Of a stretch of 64,000 bases of DNA, positions 1-10,845 are shown piece by piece. The position numbers were made by a program, and so were the translations under genes. The notes beneath the pieces are model-generated. The model saw nothing but the letters and a program-made list of their open reading frames with translations, was not told where the DNA came from and made no database searches. The first letter of the stretch is position 1. Every line of letters begins with the position of its first letter. Source of the stretch: Fibrobacteria bacterium (GTDB taxonomy: Bacteria > Fibrobacterota > Fibrobacteria > UBA11236); NCBI GenBank assembly GCA_041746255.1, contig JBGTHM010000125.1, positions 64,114 through 128,113 of the forward strand. The letters run 5' to 3'.

Positions 1-1
1 G

Positions 2-1522
2 TCCAATCCCATCGATGCGGAAAGTGGAGACCTCTTTTTCAGTACCTTCAAACGCGATTCCCTGGGCGGCTTCGGCCGACATAGTCTCGTGGCCGTTCTG
101 GATAGCTTTACCATAATGCAGGACATTTCCGATTCGCCCACCGAGACGCGAGCCCTGAAAATCAACGAGGGTAGCCAGCGTGGGGCCATGTATGCTTATG
201 AAGGATTCTCTCCGCGTGAATCGGGTGATTTGCAATACTCGTTGTCGTATCTGAGATTGGGCCGCGCCGATGCTTATCGCGATACCCTGCCTCCTCCGAG
301 CCATCAAAACTTTCGCCTTCCCTGGTATTATGCTTCGGGTTCCAGTTTTGAAAATCTGCTTGGTAATTCCCACCAAAGCCGAGACGAAGCCTTCGCGACC
401 CTGCATTGGTATCCCTACGAGAAAACCCGTGGTATACAAATGGGTTACGGCGTGGAGTTGGAATATCAACGCGAAGACCGGCAATTCATGAATTCCAGTG
501 ATGGAAGGCGCAGCCTCCAAGCGGAGGCGGGATTATTAGGGGCCACCACTTTGCTGCGCATGCGCCGCGATTTACCTGCCAACTCCACCCTGGAGGGCAC
601 CGTAGGCGCGCTATCGGTGGCCTCGGGACTGGCGGGAGATGATGAATTCGAAACACTCATGCCCGGGCCGGTGGCTTCCCTGCGTTTAGGTAAGGGTCTT
701 GGAAAAGACCATAATATTTTCAGCGAATTGGCGCTAAGGCAGACCGCCGCCATCGAACCGGCGCCCGGCAACCGTCTCCAGGCGGGATTGACGCCCAGCG
801 CCGAATTCAAAACGGGTGTGAACGGTTCGCTGGGAAGCAAAATCCAATATGCCGGCAGTGCGTATACTCGATTTTACCAGGATCCCACCCTGCCGGTTCC
901 CGAAGTTTATTGGAACTATCGCGAAACCCAGACGGCTGAATTCGCCAATGTGACGGGCGGAAATCTGGTCGCCACCTGGCTGCCGAATCATCACATGGGA
1001 ATGAGCGTCAACGCTTCGTCGGTACAGGGGGATTATTACTTGAAAGACGAGGGAACCATTCCCTGGGAATCCAACCGCACCTTGGATTTGGCGGCCAACT
1101 TTCGTTTTCTTCCCCGTCGCGATTCCCTGCTGAGTTTCATCGTCACCTATGGAGTGAATAACGGAGTTCCCTTATACGAATACGCGATGAACCGTGATGG
1201 CGGCAATGCCGAAAACTCCACCCGTACCGTGCGTCGCAGTTCCGACTATCCTTCGGTTTCGAGGCAGCGCACCGACATTCGTATCAACCTTAATCTTAAA
1301 AGCGGGCTACGGCCCCTGGATACTTTCCGCTTCTTTTTCGAAGCCGACAATATCTTCGCGCATTTCGACGACCCGTTTTTCCGGGAGCTGGGCGGGGATA
1401 ATCAGCGCCGTCGCGGCTGGACCCGCTCGGGATCCGAAACCAACGATGTGCTCAAGCCGGTGGTAACCCGGGGCATGGGGCTCTTCATCCTATTCGGATT
1501 CGAAGCGAAGCTGCTTATTTAG
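2..1522 (+). CDS. Outer-membrane beta-barrel protein (TonB-dependent-receptor-like), 5'-truncated
   Basis: The frame is open from base 2, upstream of the ORF-track start at 89. Many amphipathic beta-strand segments; C-terminal strand GLFILFGFEAKLLI. Confidence 0.6.
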   Translation, partial: SNPIDAESGDLFFSTFKRDSLGGFGRHSLVAVLDSFTIMQDISDSPTETRALKINEGSQRGAMYAYEGFSPRESGDLQYSLSYLRLGRADAYRDTLPPPSHQNFRLPWYYASGSSFENLLGNSHQSRDEAFATLHWYPYEKTRGIQMGYGVELEYQREDRQFMNSSDGRRSLQAEAGLLGATTLLRMRRDLPANSTLEGTVGALSVASGLAGDDEFETLMPGPVASLRLGKGLGKDHNIFSELALRQTAAIEPAPGNRLQAGLTPSAEFKTGVNGSLGSKIQYAGSAYTRFYQDPTLPVPEVYWNYRETQTAEFANVTGGNLVATWLPNHHMGMSVNASSVQGDYYLKDEGTIPWESNRTLDLAANFRFLPRRDSLLSFIVTYGVNNGVPLYEYAMNRDGGNAENSTRTVRRSSDYPSVSRQRTDIRINLNLKSGLRPLDTFRFFFEADNIFAHFDDPFFRELGGDNQRRRGWTRSGSETNDVLKPVVTRGMGLFILFGFEAKLLI

Positions 1523-1730
1523 GCTGGTTGGTAGAAGGGGATTCAACCTGGTATATCACCGGGTGGATTTGCTGCGAAACCGGAAGCAGCGACGTGCGGC
1601 TCACCCGGTCGATGGAAGCGTGCGTCTCTTCGGAGCGTGCCATCGATTGGAATTCAAACGACTGGATTTGTCCACTAAAGGATTCGGCTACTTCGCGCGC
1701 AGTCAGGATTTTTGTGCGGATTGCGCCCAT
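1515..1730 (-). CDS. Small hypothetical protein (71 aa)
   Basis: ATG 10 nt downstream of the stop of the co-oriented 1740..2351 gene; fills the gap to the convergent gene; plausible composition. Confidence 0.45.
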   Translation of the reverse strand: MGAIRTKILTAREVAESFSGQIQSFEFQSMARSEETHASIDRVSRTSLLPVSQQIHPVIYQVESPSTNQPK

Positions 1731-1739
1731 ATAACCCCT

Positions 1740-2351
1740 TTAGGGAAACAAACCGGTTTCGGAGCAACCCTCGGGACTTTCGTCTTCGGCCCGCAACACT
1801 TCGAATTCCATTTCATACTCGCTGGGCGTGAAAAGCAGGGAGTCGGATCCACCTTGACGTATCCATATCATCAGCCGGTCCTGAAAAGGCGCTTCGTGAA
1901 ATTTTTGCAGCAAGGCGGCATTGACGGGCAGCACTTTCAGGGTTTCGGCAGGCGCTCCGGTGATGGCGATAAGTGAATCTACCGAGGGCTGGTGAGCCCG
2001 TATGACGGAGGTGGAAAGGGTGTCGCAAGCGGGACAGGTGAACAAAGCGCGCCCCTCTTCCGTTGTAAGTTGCATCATCCGTTTTTGGCCGTCGCAGGGA
2101 ATGTATATGGCATACCCTTGCCCTTCGATAAGACTTATCTGAATCCATTCGGAAGGCAGGTTATTCCAAGTCGACAGCAGCGATTCGCCATCGAGGAATT
2201 GCGATGCGGTTACTCCTTCTCGAGCGGCTTCTTCCTGTACCTTACGAAGCCGACTATTGGTGACCAGATAAAGTACGAACCACAGCAAAATAGCTACGCC
2301 TAAAATGGCAAAGAGGACTTTTTTCCCGGACACCGTGTTTTCGCTTGCCAT
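1740..2351 (-). CDS. Hypothetical membrane-anchored protein
   Basis: N-terminal TM helix (VLFAILGVAILLWFVLYLV) followed by a soluble domain with CPAC; divergent from pgi. Confidence 0.75.
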   Translation of the reverse strand: MASENTVSGKKVLFAILGVAILLWFVLYLVTNSRLRKVQEEAAREGVTASQFLDGESLLSTWNNLPSEWIQISLIEGQGYAIYIPCDGQKRMMQLTTEEGRALFTCPACDTLSTSVIRAHQPSVDSLIAITGAPAETLKVLPVNAALLQKFHEAPFQDRLMIWIRQGGSDSLLFTPSEYEMEFEVLRAEDESPEGCSETGLFP

Positions 2352-2509
2352 GTCTCAAAAATTAGTTAATGGCTTTCGGATAAACCGATAAAGGTGAAAA
2401 TTCCTTATGTTGATAACTTGTCTTTTTCGCAATTGGAAAAGGCCGAGGAGCCTTGAGACCCAAGCTTGTTAGCTATATTTCCCTGCAAACACAGCGGAAG
2501 GAACGGCTC

Positions 2510-4192
2510 GTGAGCGAATTGACACAGTCCAGCGTCTGGAAAAGCCTTGAATCCCATTATGAATCCGCCCGCGAATGGCGGATGCGTGACCTTTTTGCAC
2601 GCGATGCAGGTCGGGCTCAGAAATTCCATTTGGAAGCCTGTGGATTATATGTTGATTTCAGCAAAAATATCATCACCCAGGAAACTCTGGGGTTATTACG
2701 TGGATTGGCCATGGAGGCCCGTGTGCCCGCCGCCCGCGAAGCCATGTTTTCCGGCCAACCCATCAATATCACGGAAGGGCGGGCTGTGCTGCATACCGCC
2801 TTGCGCAATCGTGGAAATTCGCCGGTAATGGTCGATGGCGAGGATGTCATGCCTCGCATCAATGCCGTGCTGAAACAAATGGAAACTTTTACCCGACGGA
2901 TCCGTTCGGGAGAATGGAAGGGGCATAGCGGGAAATCCATCCGTTTCGTGGTCAATATCGGAATCGGCGGTTCTGATTTGGGACCGTCCATGATTACCGA
3001 AGCGCTACGTCCCTATGGAGAGGATGCCTCCGGTCGCAGGCTGGAATGCTTATTCGTTTCCAATGTCGACGCCACCCATCTGGCCGAGGCATTAAAAAAA
3101 GTGGACTTGGAGGAAACCCTCTTTTTGGTAGCATCCAAGACTTTCACCACCCAGGAAACCATGCGGAACGCCCAATCGGCTAAGGCGGCTTTGTTGGAAA
3201 GGTTCGCAGGGGATGAATCGGCGGTGGCCCGGCATTTTGCGGCCCTTTCTACGAATATCCAGGCAGTGACGGCTTTTGGAATCGATCCCGAGAACATTTT
3301 TGCATTCTGGGATTGGGTGGGAGGACGCTATTCTTGCTGGTCGGCTATCGGATTGCCCATCGCATTGGCCATCGGATACGAGAATTTTCAGGAATTTCTT
3401 TCCGGAGCCCATGCCATGGATAAACATTTCCGGGAAGCCTCCCTGGAAAAAAACATCCCGGCGATTTTGGCCTTGCTGGGGGTTTGGTATAACAATTTTT
3501 TCCAGGCGCAAACCCATGCGGTTTTGCCTTATGATCAATACTTGCAACGTTTCCCGGCGTATTTACAGCAAGCAGACATGGAGTCGAGCGGGAAGTCGGT
3601 GGATAAAGAGGGCGTAAGAGTCGATTACCAGACGGGACCGGTGATTTGGGGCGAACCGGGGACCAACGGTCAACACAGTTTCTACCAATTGCTTCATCAA
3701 GGCACGAAACTGATTCCCAGCGATTTTCTCGCTCCGCTGGTTTCGCACAATCCCATCGCGGATCACCACGGAATTCTGCTTTCCAATTGTTTCGCTCAGA
3801 CCGAAGCGCTCATGCTTGGGCGTACCCGCGAAGAAGTCGAGGCGGATTTACGCGAAGCGAACCTGGACGACGCGGAAATTGCGCGTCTGGCGCCGCATAA
3901 AGTCTTTGAAGGCAACCGGCCTTCCAATACCATTTTGTTCGAAAAACTCACGCCTTATACCCTGGGTACGCTGATTGCTCTCTATGAGCATAAGATTTTT
4001 GTGCAGGGCGTAATTTGGAACGTCAATAGCTTCGATCAAATGGGAGTGGAATTGGGCAAGGTGTTGGCCAAGAAAATCCAGGCCGAACTGGCGCAAGTGG
4101 AGAAGAACCCTGCTGCGGAACTGGCCCACGACGGCTCGACGTCCACTCTTATCCGATATTACCTGGAGAAACGTTCACAGGCATCTCGCTAA
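2510..4192 (+). CDS. pgi: Glucose-6-phosphate isomerase
   Basis: Motifs [52 protein letters not shown]. Start moved to GTG 2510, downstream of a GGAAGGA RBS. Confidence 0.98.
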   Translation: MSELTQSSVWKSLESHYESAREWRMRDLFARDAGRAQKFHLEACGLYVDFSKNIITQETLGLLRGLAMEARVPAAREAMFSGQPINITEGRAVLHTALRNRGNSPVMVDGEDVMPRINAVLKQMETFTRRIRSGEWKGHSGKSIRFVVNIGIGGSDLGPSMITEALRPYGEDASGRRLECLFVSNVDATHLAEALKKVDLEETLFLVASKTFTTQETMRNAQSAKAALLERFAGDESAVARHFAALSTNIQAVTAFGIDPENIFAFWDWVGGRYSCWSAIGLPIALAIGYENFQEFLSGAHAMDKHFREASLEKNIPAILALLGVWYNNFFQAQTHAVLPYDQYLQRFPAYLQQADMESSGKSVDKEGVRVDYQTGPVIWGEPGTNGQHSFYQLLHQGTKLIPSDFLAPLVSHNPIADHHGILLSNCFAQTEALMLGRTREEVEADLREANLDDAEIARLAPHKVFEGNRPSNTILFEKLTPYTLGTLIALYEHKIFVQGVIWNVNSFDQMGVELGKVLAKKIQAELAQVEKNPAAELAHDGSTSTLIRYYLEKRSQASR

Positions 4193-4225
4193 AATCGAAG
4201 ATTTGGGGATGGACCCAGGACAGTT

Positions 4226-6235
4226 TCAAGGGGCGTATTGCTTACCTTTTCGATGTAGATCGAGAATGCCCCTTACCTTTTGCCGCAACATTTCAGCCGT
4301 GAAGGGTTTCGCCAGAAAGTGCACTTCCGCGGAAGAAATACCCCTTCTTATGGCGATATCCTCGGTATATCCTGAAATGTAGAGTATGGGCATATCCGGG
4401 TGCATAGAATGCACGGCCATGGCCAGTTCGCGACCGCTCATGCGCGGCATGACCAAATCCGTTATCAGCAAATCGATAGGCCCCTCCTCCGCCTGGCAGA
4501 GGTTCAACGCCTCGTCGCCTCCATGGGCTTCGAGTACGCGATAACCGCTTTCCGTTAAAAGCCGCATGATCAGATTACGCACGGCCTCTTCGTCTTCGGC
4601 GAGCAATACCGTTTCGGTGCCTCCTTGCGCGGGTTTCGCCGGGTTCGCAAGGCTTGCATCGGAACTCGCCTTTTCGGACGATGCCGGAAAATAAATCCGG
4701 AAGGTCGTGCCTTCACCGGGTTCGCTGGTAACCTGTATGCAACCGTTGTTTTGCTTGACGATGCCATATACCGAAGCCAATCCCATGCCAGTACCCTGCA
4801 TTCCGGGTTTGGTGGTAAAAAAGGGTTCAAAGATATGCGAGAGCGTGTTTTTGTCCATGCCGGATCCGTTATCTTTGACGCTAAGCAGAACCCAATCGGT
4901 ACTGGCATTGGGTTCACAATTCAGCAAGCTCTCGGGAGGGGCGGCGGCAGCGGTTTCGATGGTGATGATTCCTCCCTCATTTATGGCATCGCGCGCATTG
5001 ATGACCAGATTCAGGATAATTTGCTCCAACTGCACCGCGTCCAGCTTGATAAGAGGCAGGTCGCAACCCAAAAGCGTGACCAATTCAATGTTTTCCCCGA
5101 TGAGCCGACGGAGCATTTTATTCTGACCGACCAACAATTGATTGAGATCGAGCACGTCGGGTTGGAGAATTTGCTTGCGGCTGAACATCAGCAATTGCCG
5201 GGTGAGGGAGGCGGCTCTTCCGCCGGCGCGTTTGATTTCCTCCAGACCCGTCATCAGGGTTTCCGGACTGTCGAGCGCATGCAAGAGCAAATCGCTGTAA
5301 CCATTGATGGCGGTAAGGATGTTGTTGAAGTCGTGGGCGATACCCCCGGCAAGCCGACCAATGGCTTCCATCTTCTGGGAATGCCGCAGATTATCCTCCG
5401 ATTGCTTGAGGGCCTCTTCCGCGCGCTTGCGTTCGGTAACGTTTTCGATTAGCCCGTCCATGAAGAGCTTGCCGTCGGCATAGCGATTAAGGACGATGGA
5501 AAGCGAGGCCCATATCACCCTTTCGTTTCGTTTGCGTAACGGCATTTCGGGCCATTGCGCATGCCCGTTCGCTTGCAGCGTCCGGGTCAGGGCAAGAAAT
5601 TCGGCGTCGGAAGAAAATAGGGAGCGCAGGTCCAGGGATTGGACAGGCTCTTCACGAGGGATACCCAACAATTCGAGAAACCCTGGGTTGGCCTCGAATA
5701 ACTTGCCTTCTAAGTCGGCCCGAAAGACGCCCACATTCAGCCGGTTAAGCAAATCCTGGAGGCGGTTTTCCACTTCGCGTGTGCGGGTTCTAGCATGGAA
5801 AATGCCGGATGCCGCCGATACGGCGGACCTTAATTGGTTGTAATTCCGTTGCGACTTCAAAACATAATCCGATAGCCCAGCCTTCATGGCCCGTACGGCG
5901 ATTTCCTCGTTTCCGGTGGCGGTGAACATAATGACCGGTCGCCAGGGAAAACGTTTCTTGATCTCTTCCGTAACCTTGATTCCGTTACTCCAAAGCAATT
6001 GGTAATCCGTGACCGCCACGTCGAAGGGGAACTCGTCCAGCGCTTTATCCAGTTCGGTTTGGTTGCGCACCTGTTCAATTTGCAACCGGCCGAATTCGCG
6101 ATCGAGTTCGCGGATGACCAGCAGACGGTCGTCGGGATTGTCGTCGATGATTAGAACCCGAATGAAAGCATCCTTGTCTTCAGTCATAAAAGGGATTCCT
6201 TCTACCATTGCAAGTTCATTGAATTTGCGTGTCAT
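4226..6235 (-). CDS. Hybrid histidine kinase REC-PAS-HisKA-HATPase-REC (CckA/NtrB-type kinase core)
   Basis: N-terminal receiver (LIIDDNPDD), PAS, H-box [13 protein letters not shown] boxes ([25 protein letters not shown]), C-terminal receiver (AEDEE...DLLITD...KPF). Confidence 0.95.
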   Translation of the reverse strand: MTRKFNELAMVEGIPFMTEDKDAFIRVLIIDDNPDDRLLVIRELDREFGRLQIEQVRNQTELDKALDEFPFDVAVTDYQLLWSNGIKVTEEIKKRFPWRPVIMFTATGNEEIAVRAMKAGLSDYVLKSQRNYNQLRSAVSAASGIFHARTRTREVENRLQDLLNRLNVGVFRADLEGKLFEANPGFLELLGIPREEPVQSLDLRSLFSSDAEFLALTRTLQANGHAQWPEMPLRKRNERVIWASLSIVLNRYADGKLFMDGLIENVTERKRAEEALKQSEDNLRHSQKMEAIGRLAGGIAHDFNNILTAINGYSDLLLHALDSPETLMTGLEEIKRAGGRAASLTRQLLMFSRKQILQPDVLDLNQLLVGQNKMLRRLIGENIELVTLLGCDLPLIKLDAVQLEQIILNLVINARDAINEGGIITIETAAAAPPESLLNCEPNASTDWVLLSVKDNGSGMDKNTLSHIFEPFFTTKPGMQGTGMGLASVYGIVKQNNGCIQVTSEPGEGTTFRIYFPASSEKASSDASLANPAKPAQGGTETVLLAEDEEAVRNLIMRLLTESGYRVLEAHGGDEALNLCQAEEGPIDLLITDLVMPRMSGRELAMAVHSMHPDMPILYISGYTEDIAIRRGISSAEVHFLAKPFTAEMLRQKVRGILDLHRKGKQYAP

Positions 6236-6698
6236 TCCATACCTCGATTTCCCGGGGTGGATTCCGGTTCGCTTGCAGCCAATATTGTCCGATTAGGCGG
6301 ACAAGCGAAGAAAGCCCATCGAAGTCGGAAGGTTTCACGAGATAGGAATTCGCACCCAGAGTGTAGGCCCTTGCGATATCGGTCTCCTCGCCGGATGAGG
6401 ATAATATCACGACGGGCAGGAAACGAATTTGGTTCTGTCTACGCAGCCACTCCAAAACCTCAAAGCCGGATTTTCCGGGTAGTTTCAAATCCAGCAGGAT
6501 GAAATTGGGTAGAGGATAGCGGTTGCGGTCCGAATAGGGATCCAGGCCGGCCAAATAGGCTATGGCGTTCTCCCCATCCGCTACCACCTGGTAGTGCGCG
6601 CGCAGCTGGGATTTTTCGAACGCCCTGCGAACCAGCCATGCGTCGTTGGCATCGTCTTCGACATGCAGTAATGTATAACGCTGAATGGCGGTGGTCAT
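6216..6698 (-). CDS. Single-domain response regulator (Rcp1-like)
   Basis: VEDDAND...ILLDLKLPGKSGFEVL...AYTLGANSYLVKP...YWL; overlaps both neighbours. Confidence 0.93.
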   Translation of the reverse strand: MTTAIQRYTLLHVEDDANDAWLVRRAFEKSQLRAHYQVVADGENAIAYLAGLDPYSDRNRYPLPNFILLDLKLPGKSGFEVLEWLRRQNQIRFLPVVILSSSGEETDIARAYTLGANSYLVKPSDFDGLSSLVRLIGQYWLQANRNPPREIEVWNDTQIQ

Positions 6699-9600
6699 GG
6701 CTGCGCGCCTATCTCGGGCTGCGGAGGATTAGCCTCGTTCTTGGCGGCCAGCAGTTCTATCCAAAATCGGCTTCCACCCCCCGGTTCCGACTCGAGGCCG
6801 TAACGGCCTTTCATTTTTTCGATGCCTTTGCGGACGATTGCCAGGCCGATTCCGTTTCCCGGATAGGTTTCCTGTCCATGCAACCTCTCAAAAACCTGGA
6901 AGATATGTTTATGATGCTGCACGGGAATGCCGATGCCATTGTCTTCAATGCGTAGGCAAACCCAGGGGCCATAGGTTTCGGAGGCGATGCGCAACTTGGG
7001 CGTCATGTCGGGAAGGGTGAATTTGATGGCATTGGAGATTAGATTGGCCAATACTTGCACCAAAGTTAAATGGTGGGCCTTCACTTCAGGAAACGGATTG
7101 CGGAACTCAATTACGGCATGCTTTTCCGCAATTTCCTGTTGCAATTGATCAAGGGCTTCCTTTAGCGCCGTTTCCAAGTTTACGGTTTCCATGGACATAT
7201 CGGAGCGGCTCAGCCGGCTATACCCCAATAAATCCTGGATCAAGATGTCCATCCGTTTGGCGGCCGAAACGATACGTTCGGCGAATTCCCTGGCTTTGGG
7301 ATCCATGGAAGGGGCGTAATCTTCTATCAGCACCTGGGCGAATCCCTGCACGGTCCGTAACGGGGCGCGCAAGTCGTGGGAGACCGAATAGGAAAAAGCC
7401 TCCGCCTCCTTCATGGCCTCCCTTAATTCGTTCTCCGTGCGTTGTCTGTGACCGGCTTCCTGATTCAGGTTCTCATTCAAGCGGGTTAGTTGGACGATTC
7501 GGGTCCTGAGTTCATCATTCAGCCTAAGCACCTCCGCCGCCGAGTTCCTGTTCGCGGTAACGTCTTCCAGGGAAAGCAGGGTGAGCGCCCGGGGAATGGT
7601 TTTACCCTCGAGGCGGCGGGCGTTGATGAGGAGAATACGTTTTCCGATTTGGGGAAAGGTTTGTTCCCACTCAAAATCTTGCAGCTGTCCCCCTTGGGGA
7701 AGGGATTCGCGCAATAACCGGAAAAGAGGAGCCATTTCTTCCGGGGTACGCGCCAGTCGGTGCAAGGGTTGCTGCACCAGATTTTCGTGGGAAATGCGGA
7801 ACAGGTTCTTGAAGGCCGGATTGGCCGCTTGAATCAATAGGTCGTCGTCCAGAACCAGCAAAGGAGTACGCGTGGTTTCCACGATGGCTTCCGCGAAATT
7901 TCGGGCCTCCTGAAGCTGCTCCACTCCGCGACGCATGGCATCAATGTCGATGAAAATCAGCACGGCCCCATCCAGTTTGTTTTCGGAGGTTTTATAAGGC
8001 CGGATTCGCAGCAAGAACCATTTCCCGGCCTGGTCGCGAACCTCTAATTCTTTTTCGCCTATGCTATCAATGACCTCGGTCAAGACTTCCTGGAGATTGG
8101 GTATTTCCATCCGCAGGTTCAGGTCTCCGATAGGGCGTCCCAAGTCGGCGGGAATGAGATTGAAAGCCTTTTCGGCCATGGGAGTATAGCGCCGGATGCG
8201 TAAAGTCCTTTCCAGCATGATAATCGCCACATTGACGCTGGAGAGAAGATTGACCATATCGTTATTGACATGGGTCAGTTCGGAATTCCGGTTTTGCAAC
8301 TCATCGTTGAGGGTGGTCAGTTCCTCATTGCTGGATTGCAGTTCTTCCTTGGCCGTCTCCATTTCCTCATTGGTGCTTTGCAGCTCCTCGTTGCTGGAAA
8401 GGATTTCTTCATTGGCCGACTTCAATTCTTCGAATGTGGCTTCCTGTTCTTCAATGATGGATTGAAGGTATTCCTTGGCGGAGCTGAGTTCCTCTTGCAA
8501 GGCCTTGACCCGACTTTCCGCCTCTTTGCCGGGAAGTTCAACCGGGCTCTTGGTCAGGCTTTTCTTTTTGCCCTTGCCTTTGAAACCGAAATCCTGGGTT
8601 TCTTCGAAGAGCACCAGAAAAAACGCCTCGTGCCGGGGCAAGACCTTAATGGGTATGACCACTAGTGTGACGGTAGAGGAAAATTTGGCATCAAAGCGCA
8701 ACCCCTCTTTGGATATCGGGGTATTTTCGCGGATGGCGCTTTCCACGGTTCGGCGTACTTCGAGAAGTAGCGAAGGTTTGACCATCTTCAAAAGGTCGAG
8801 GCTGGGCGTTCCCGAGGCTGGTTCCAGAAATTTACCGGTTTGTCCCCGGAAATGGAGGATTTCCATTTGTCTGTTAATGACCACGCCGGGAGGCGCGTAT
8901 TTGGCAAGGATGATCTTTTCCGCTTCTCGGCCAATATCCCTTCCGGGAAGGGGGGTACGGTCCTCGGAAGGGGGAAGGACGGAGGCATGGTGCAAAAAAG
9001 CGGTGGAGGACAGATTCATGTGCAATTGGGAACTGGTGCTTCCGGCTTTTCTCCGGAACAGCTTGCATTTTCTACCCACCGGTTCGAACAAATCCGTGAA
9101 CTGGCCTACCGATTCCGAATTGCCCAGCAGCAAGTAGCCATTGGGTTGCAAGGCGTAATGAAAAGCCGGAAACACCCGTTTTTGCAAGTGGGAGTTGAAA
9201 TAGATGAGCAGGTTCCTACAGCTTATCAAGTCCATTTTCGAAAAAGGGTGATCGCGCGTGATATCGTGGCGGGCGAACACGCACATGTCGCGGATATGCT
9301 TGCTGATTTGATAATGGGAATCGGTTTTGCTGAAAAACCGCCGCAACCTGTCTTTGGAAACGTCCAGGGAGATATTTTCGATATACCTGCCCTTGCGGGC
9401 CTTATCGAGAACAACTTCGCTCACATCGGTGGCGAAAATCTGGATGGACGTATTGGTGGCCATATCACCCAGATGCTCCACCAGATAGATTGCCAAGGAA
9501 AAAGCCTCCTCGCCGGTGGAACAGCCCGGTACCCAAATGCGGATCGGGGTATTTCGATTTTTCTTTTTAATCAATTCGGAAAATACCGTGGTTTTAAGAA

Positions 9601-10537
9601 ATTCGAAACATTCGGTATCCCGAAAAAAATGAGTCACCTTGATGAGTAAGTCTTGATAGAGCGCTTCCATTTCGGAAGGATCGCGCAACACAAGTTCCGT
9701 ATATTTTTTCAAGCTATCCAGCCGGTGCAGCAGCATTCGCCTTAATACCCGGCGGCGAATGGTGTTTTGTTTGTACTGGGCGAAATCGACGCCGTGAACG
9801 GAAAATAATTTATCGAAAATCGTCCGAAGATGGGAAAGGTCTTGGTCCGACAGGGCGGAAGTTTCGGAATCTTCTGAGGGAGCAAATTTTTTCTCTCTGA
9901 GTTCCTTTCCCAGCCCTACCATTCTTTCGGCAATCGCCCGGGGCGGCAAGACGAAATCCACGGTGCCCGTGGACAATCCGTTGCGAGGCATGGATTGGAA
10001 TTTGGCGGTCTCGTCTTGAACGAAAACAATTCCATTGGCCGCCTTGATATCGTGCAAGGCTAGGGAACCGTCGGAGCCCGCACCGGAAAGGAGGATGGCA
10101 ATCGATTGCGAACCGAAGGCGCGGGCCTGGGAGCGCAAGAAAATATCGATGGGCATGGTTTGAATGTGTGAGTCGGGCCGGGCCAGGAGGAAACGGCCTT
10201 CCGAGGAAATTTCCATGGTTTTGCCCGGTGGAATCACGTAAATATGATTCGCTTGCAAACGCATTTTCTCCTTCACCTCAAGTACCGGTATGGCCGTAGC
10301 TTTTTGCAATAAGGGCGGGAGCAGGCTTTCATCGCGGGATAGCATGTGCTGGATGATTACGAAGGCCATGCCGCTTTGAGCGGGCAGGTATTTCAGCAGT
10401 TCCAGCAGGGGTTCCAAGCCCCCGGCGGAGGAGCCGATGGAGACCAGGGGAAAGGATGGGAAATCGGCGGATTTGGATACGGTTTTTGTTGGGCGGGGCC
10501 GCGCGGGAGCAGCTGTTTTTTTCTTTTTAGTTGCCAT
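6695..10537 (-). CDS. CheB methylesterase / CheR methyltransferase / coiled-coil / PAS / histidine kinase fusion
   Basis: CheB triad motifs (GSSAGG, IQHM, GAGSDG); CheR (VTHFFRD, WVPGCSTGEEAFS, CRNLLIYF); EELQSxNEE coiled-coil repeats; PAS; HK H-box FSYSVSHDLRAPLR. Confidence 0.95.
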   Translation of the reverse strand: MATKKKKTAAPARPRPTKTVSKSADFPSFPLVSIGSSAGGLEPLLELLKYLPAQSGMAFVIIQHMLSRDESLLPPLLQKATAIPVLEVKEKMRLQANHIYVIPPGKTMEISSEGRFLLARPDSHIQTMPIDIFLRSQARAFGSQSIAILLSGAGSDGSLALHDIKAANGIVFVQDETAKFQSMPRNGLSTGTVDFVLPPRAIAERMVGLGKELREKKFAPSEDSETSALSDQDLSHLRTIFDKLFSVHGVDFAQYKQNTIRRRVLRRMLLHRLDSLKKYTELVLRDPSEMEALYQDLLIKVTHFFRDTECFEFLKTTVFSELIKKKNRNTPIRIWVPGCSTGEEAFSLAIYLVEHLGDMATNTSIQIFATDVSEVVLDKARKGRYIENISLDVSKDRLRRFFSKTDSHYQISKHIRDMCVFARHDITRDHPFSKMDLISCRNLLIYFNSHLQKRVFPAFHYALQPNGYLLLGNSESVGQFTDLFEPVGRKCKLFRRKAGSTSSQLHMNLSSTAFLHHASVLPPSEDRTPLPGRDIGREAEKIILAKYAPPGVVINRQMEILHFRGQTGKFLEPASGTPSLDLLKMVKPSLLLEVRRTVESAIRENTPISKEGLRFDAKFSSTVTLVVIPIKVLPRHEAFFLVLFEETQDFGFKGKGKKKSLTKSPVELPGKEAESRVKALQEELSSAKEYLQSIIEEQEATFEELKSANEEILSSNEELQSTNEEMETAKEELQSSNEELTTLNDELQNRNSELTHVNNDMVNLLSSVNVAIIMLERTLRIRRYTPMAEKAFNLIPADLGRPIGDLNLRMEIPNLQEVLTEVIDSIGEKELEVRDQAGKWFLLRIRPYKTSENKLDGAVLIFIDIDAMRRGVEQLQEARNFAEAIVETTRTPLLVLDDDLLIQAANPAFKNLFRISHENLVQQPLHRLARTPEEMAPLFRLLRESLPQGGQLQDFEWEQTFPQIGKRILLINARRLEGKTIPRALTLLSLEDVTANRNSAAEVLRLNDELRTRIVQLTRLNENLNQEAGHRQRTENELREAMKEAEAFSYSVSHDLRAPLRTVQGFAQVLIEDYAPSMDPKAREFAERIVSAAKRMDILIQDLLGYSRLSRSDMSMETVNLETALKEALDQLQQEIAEKHAVIEFRNPFPEVKAHHLTLVQVLANLISNAIKFTLPDMTPKLRIASETYGPWVCLRIEDNGIGIPVQHHKHIFQVFERLHGQETYPGNGIGLAIVRKGIEKMKGRYGLESEPGGGSRFWIELLAAKNEANPPQPEIGAQP

Positions 10538-10785
10538 TAAAAAACCTATTGAACGCCCGGGATTAGGTGCGGTACCGTCACTTCATAATGAAGAACGCAT
10601 TGTTCCTAAAAGGCTTAATGTGAAACCGATACCCACCCAAAGTTATCGTGCTCGCGAGGAAGACGTTTTAAGTCTAATTTCGCGAATCCAATTCTGGAAT
10701 CCACTCCGCCAGATTTAAGTAAAACTAACTTTTCACAAACGGTAATGCAGTACTTTTCAACAAAATGTCAAAAAGTCTTTCCACG

Positions 10786-10814
10786 AATAAGTCGTTGATT
10801 TCAACAACTTATTC
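10786..10814. promoter_or_regulatory. Inverted repeat containing an IHF consensus site, next to DnaA-box-like 9-mers
   Basis: AATAAGTCGTTGA-TT-TCAACAACTTATT. The minus strand reads AATCAACGACTTA, matching WATCAANNNNTTR. A perfect DnaA box TTATTCACA is at 10809-10817. Confidence 0.45.
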
Positions 10815-10845
10815 ACAAATTGCGCATGGATATCGTTTTTGGGCT

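Noticed and set aside
2376..2416. TCGG-N5-CCGA and a single DnaA-box-like TGTTGATAA upstream of pgi
   Set aside because: Too short and isolated to distinguish from chance.
8280..8470. Short periodic repeats within the CheBR gene
   Set aside because: Coding EELQSxNEE coiled-coil heptads; not a CRISPR array or a DNA repeat element.
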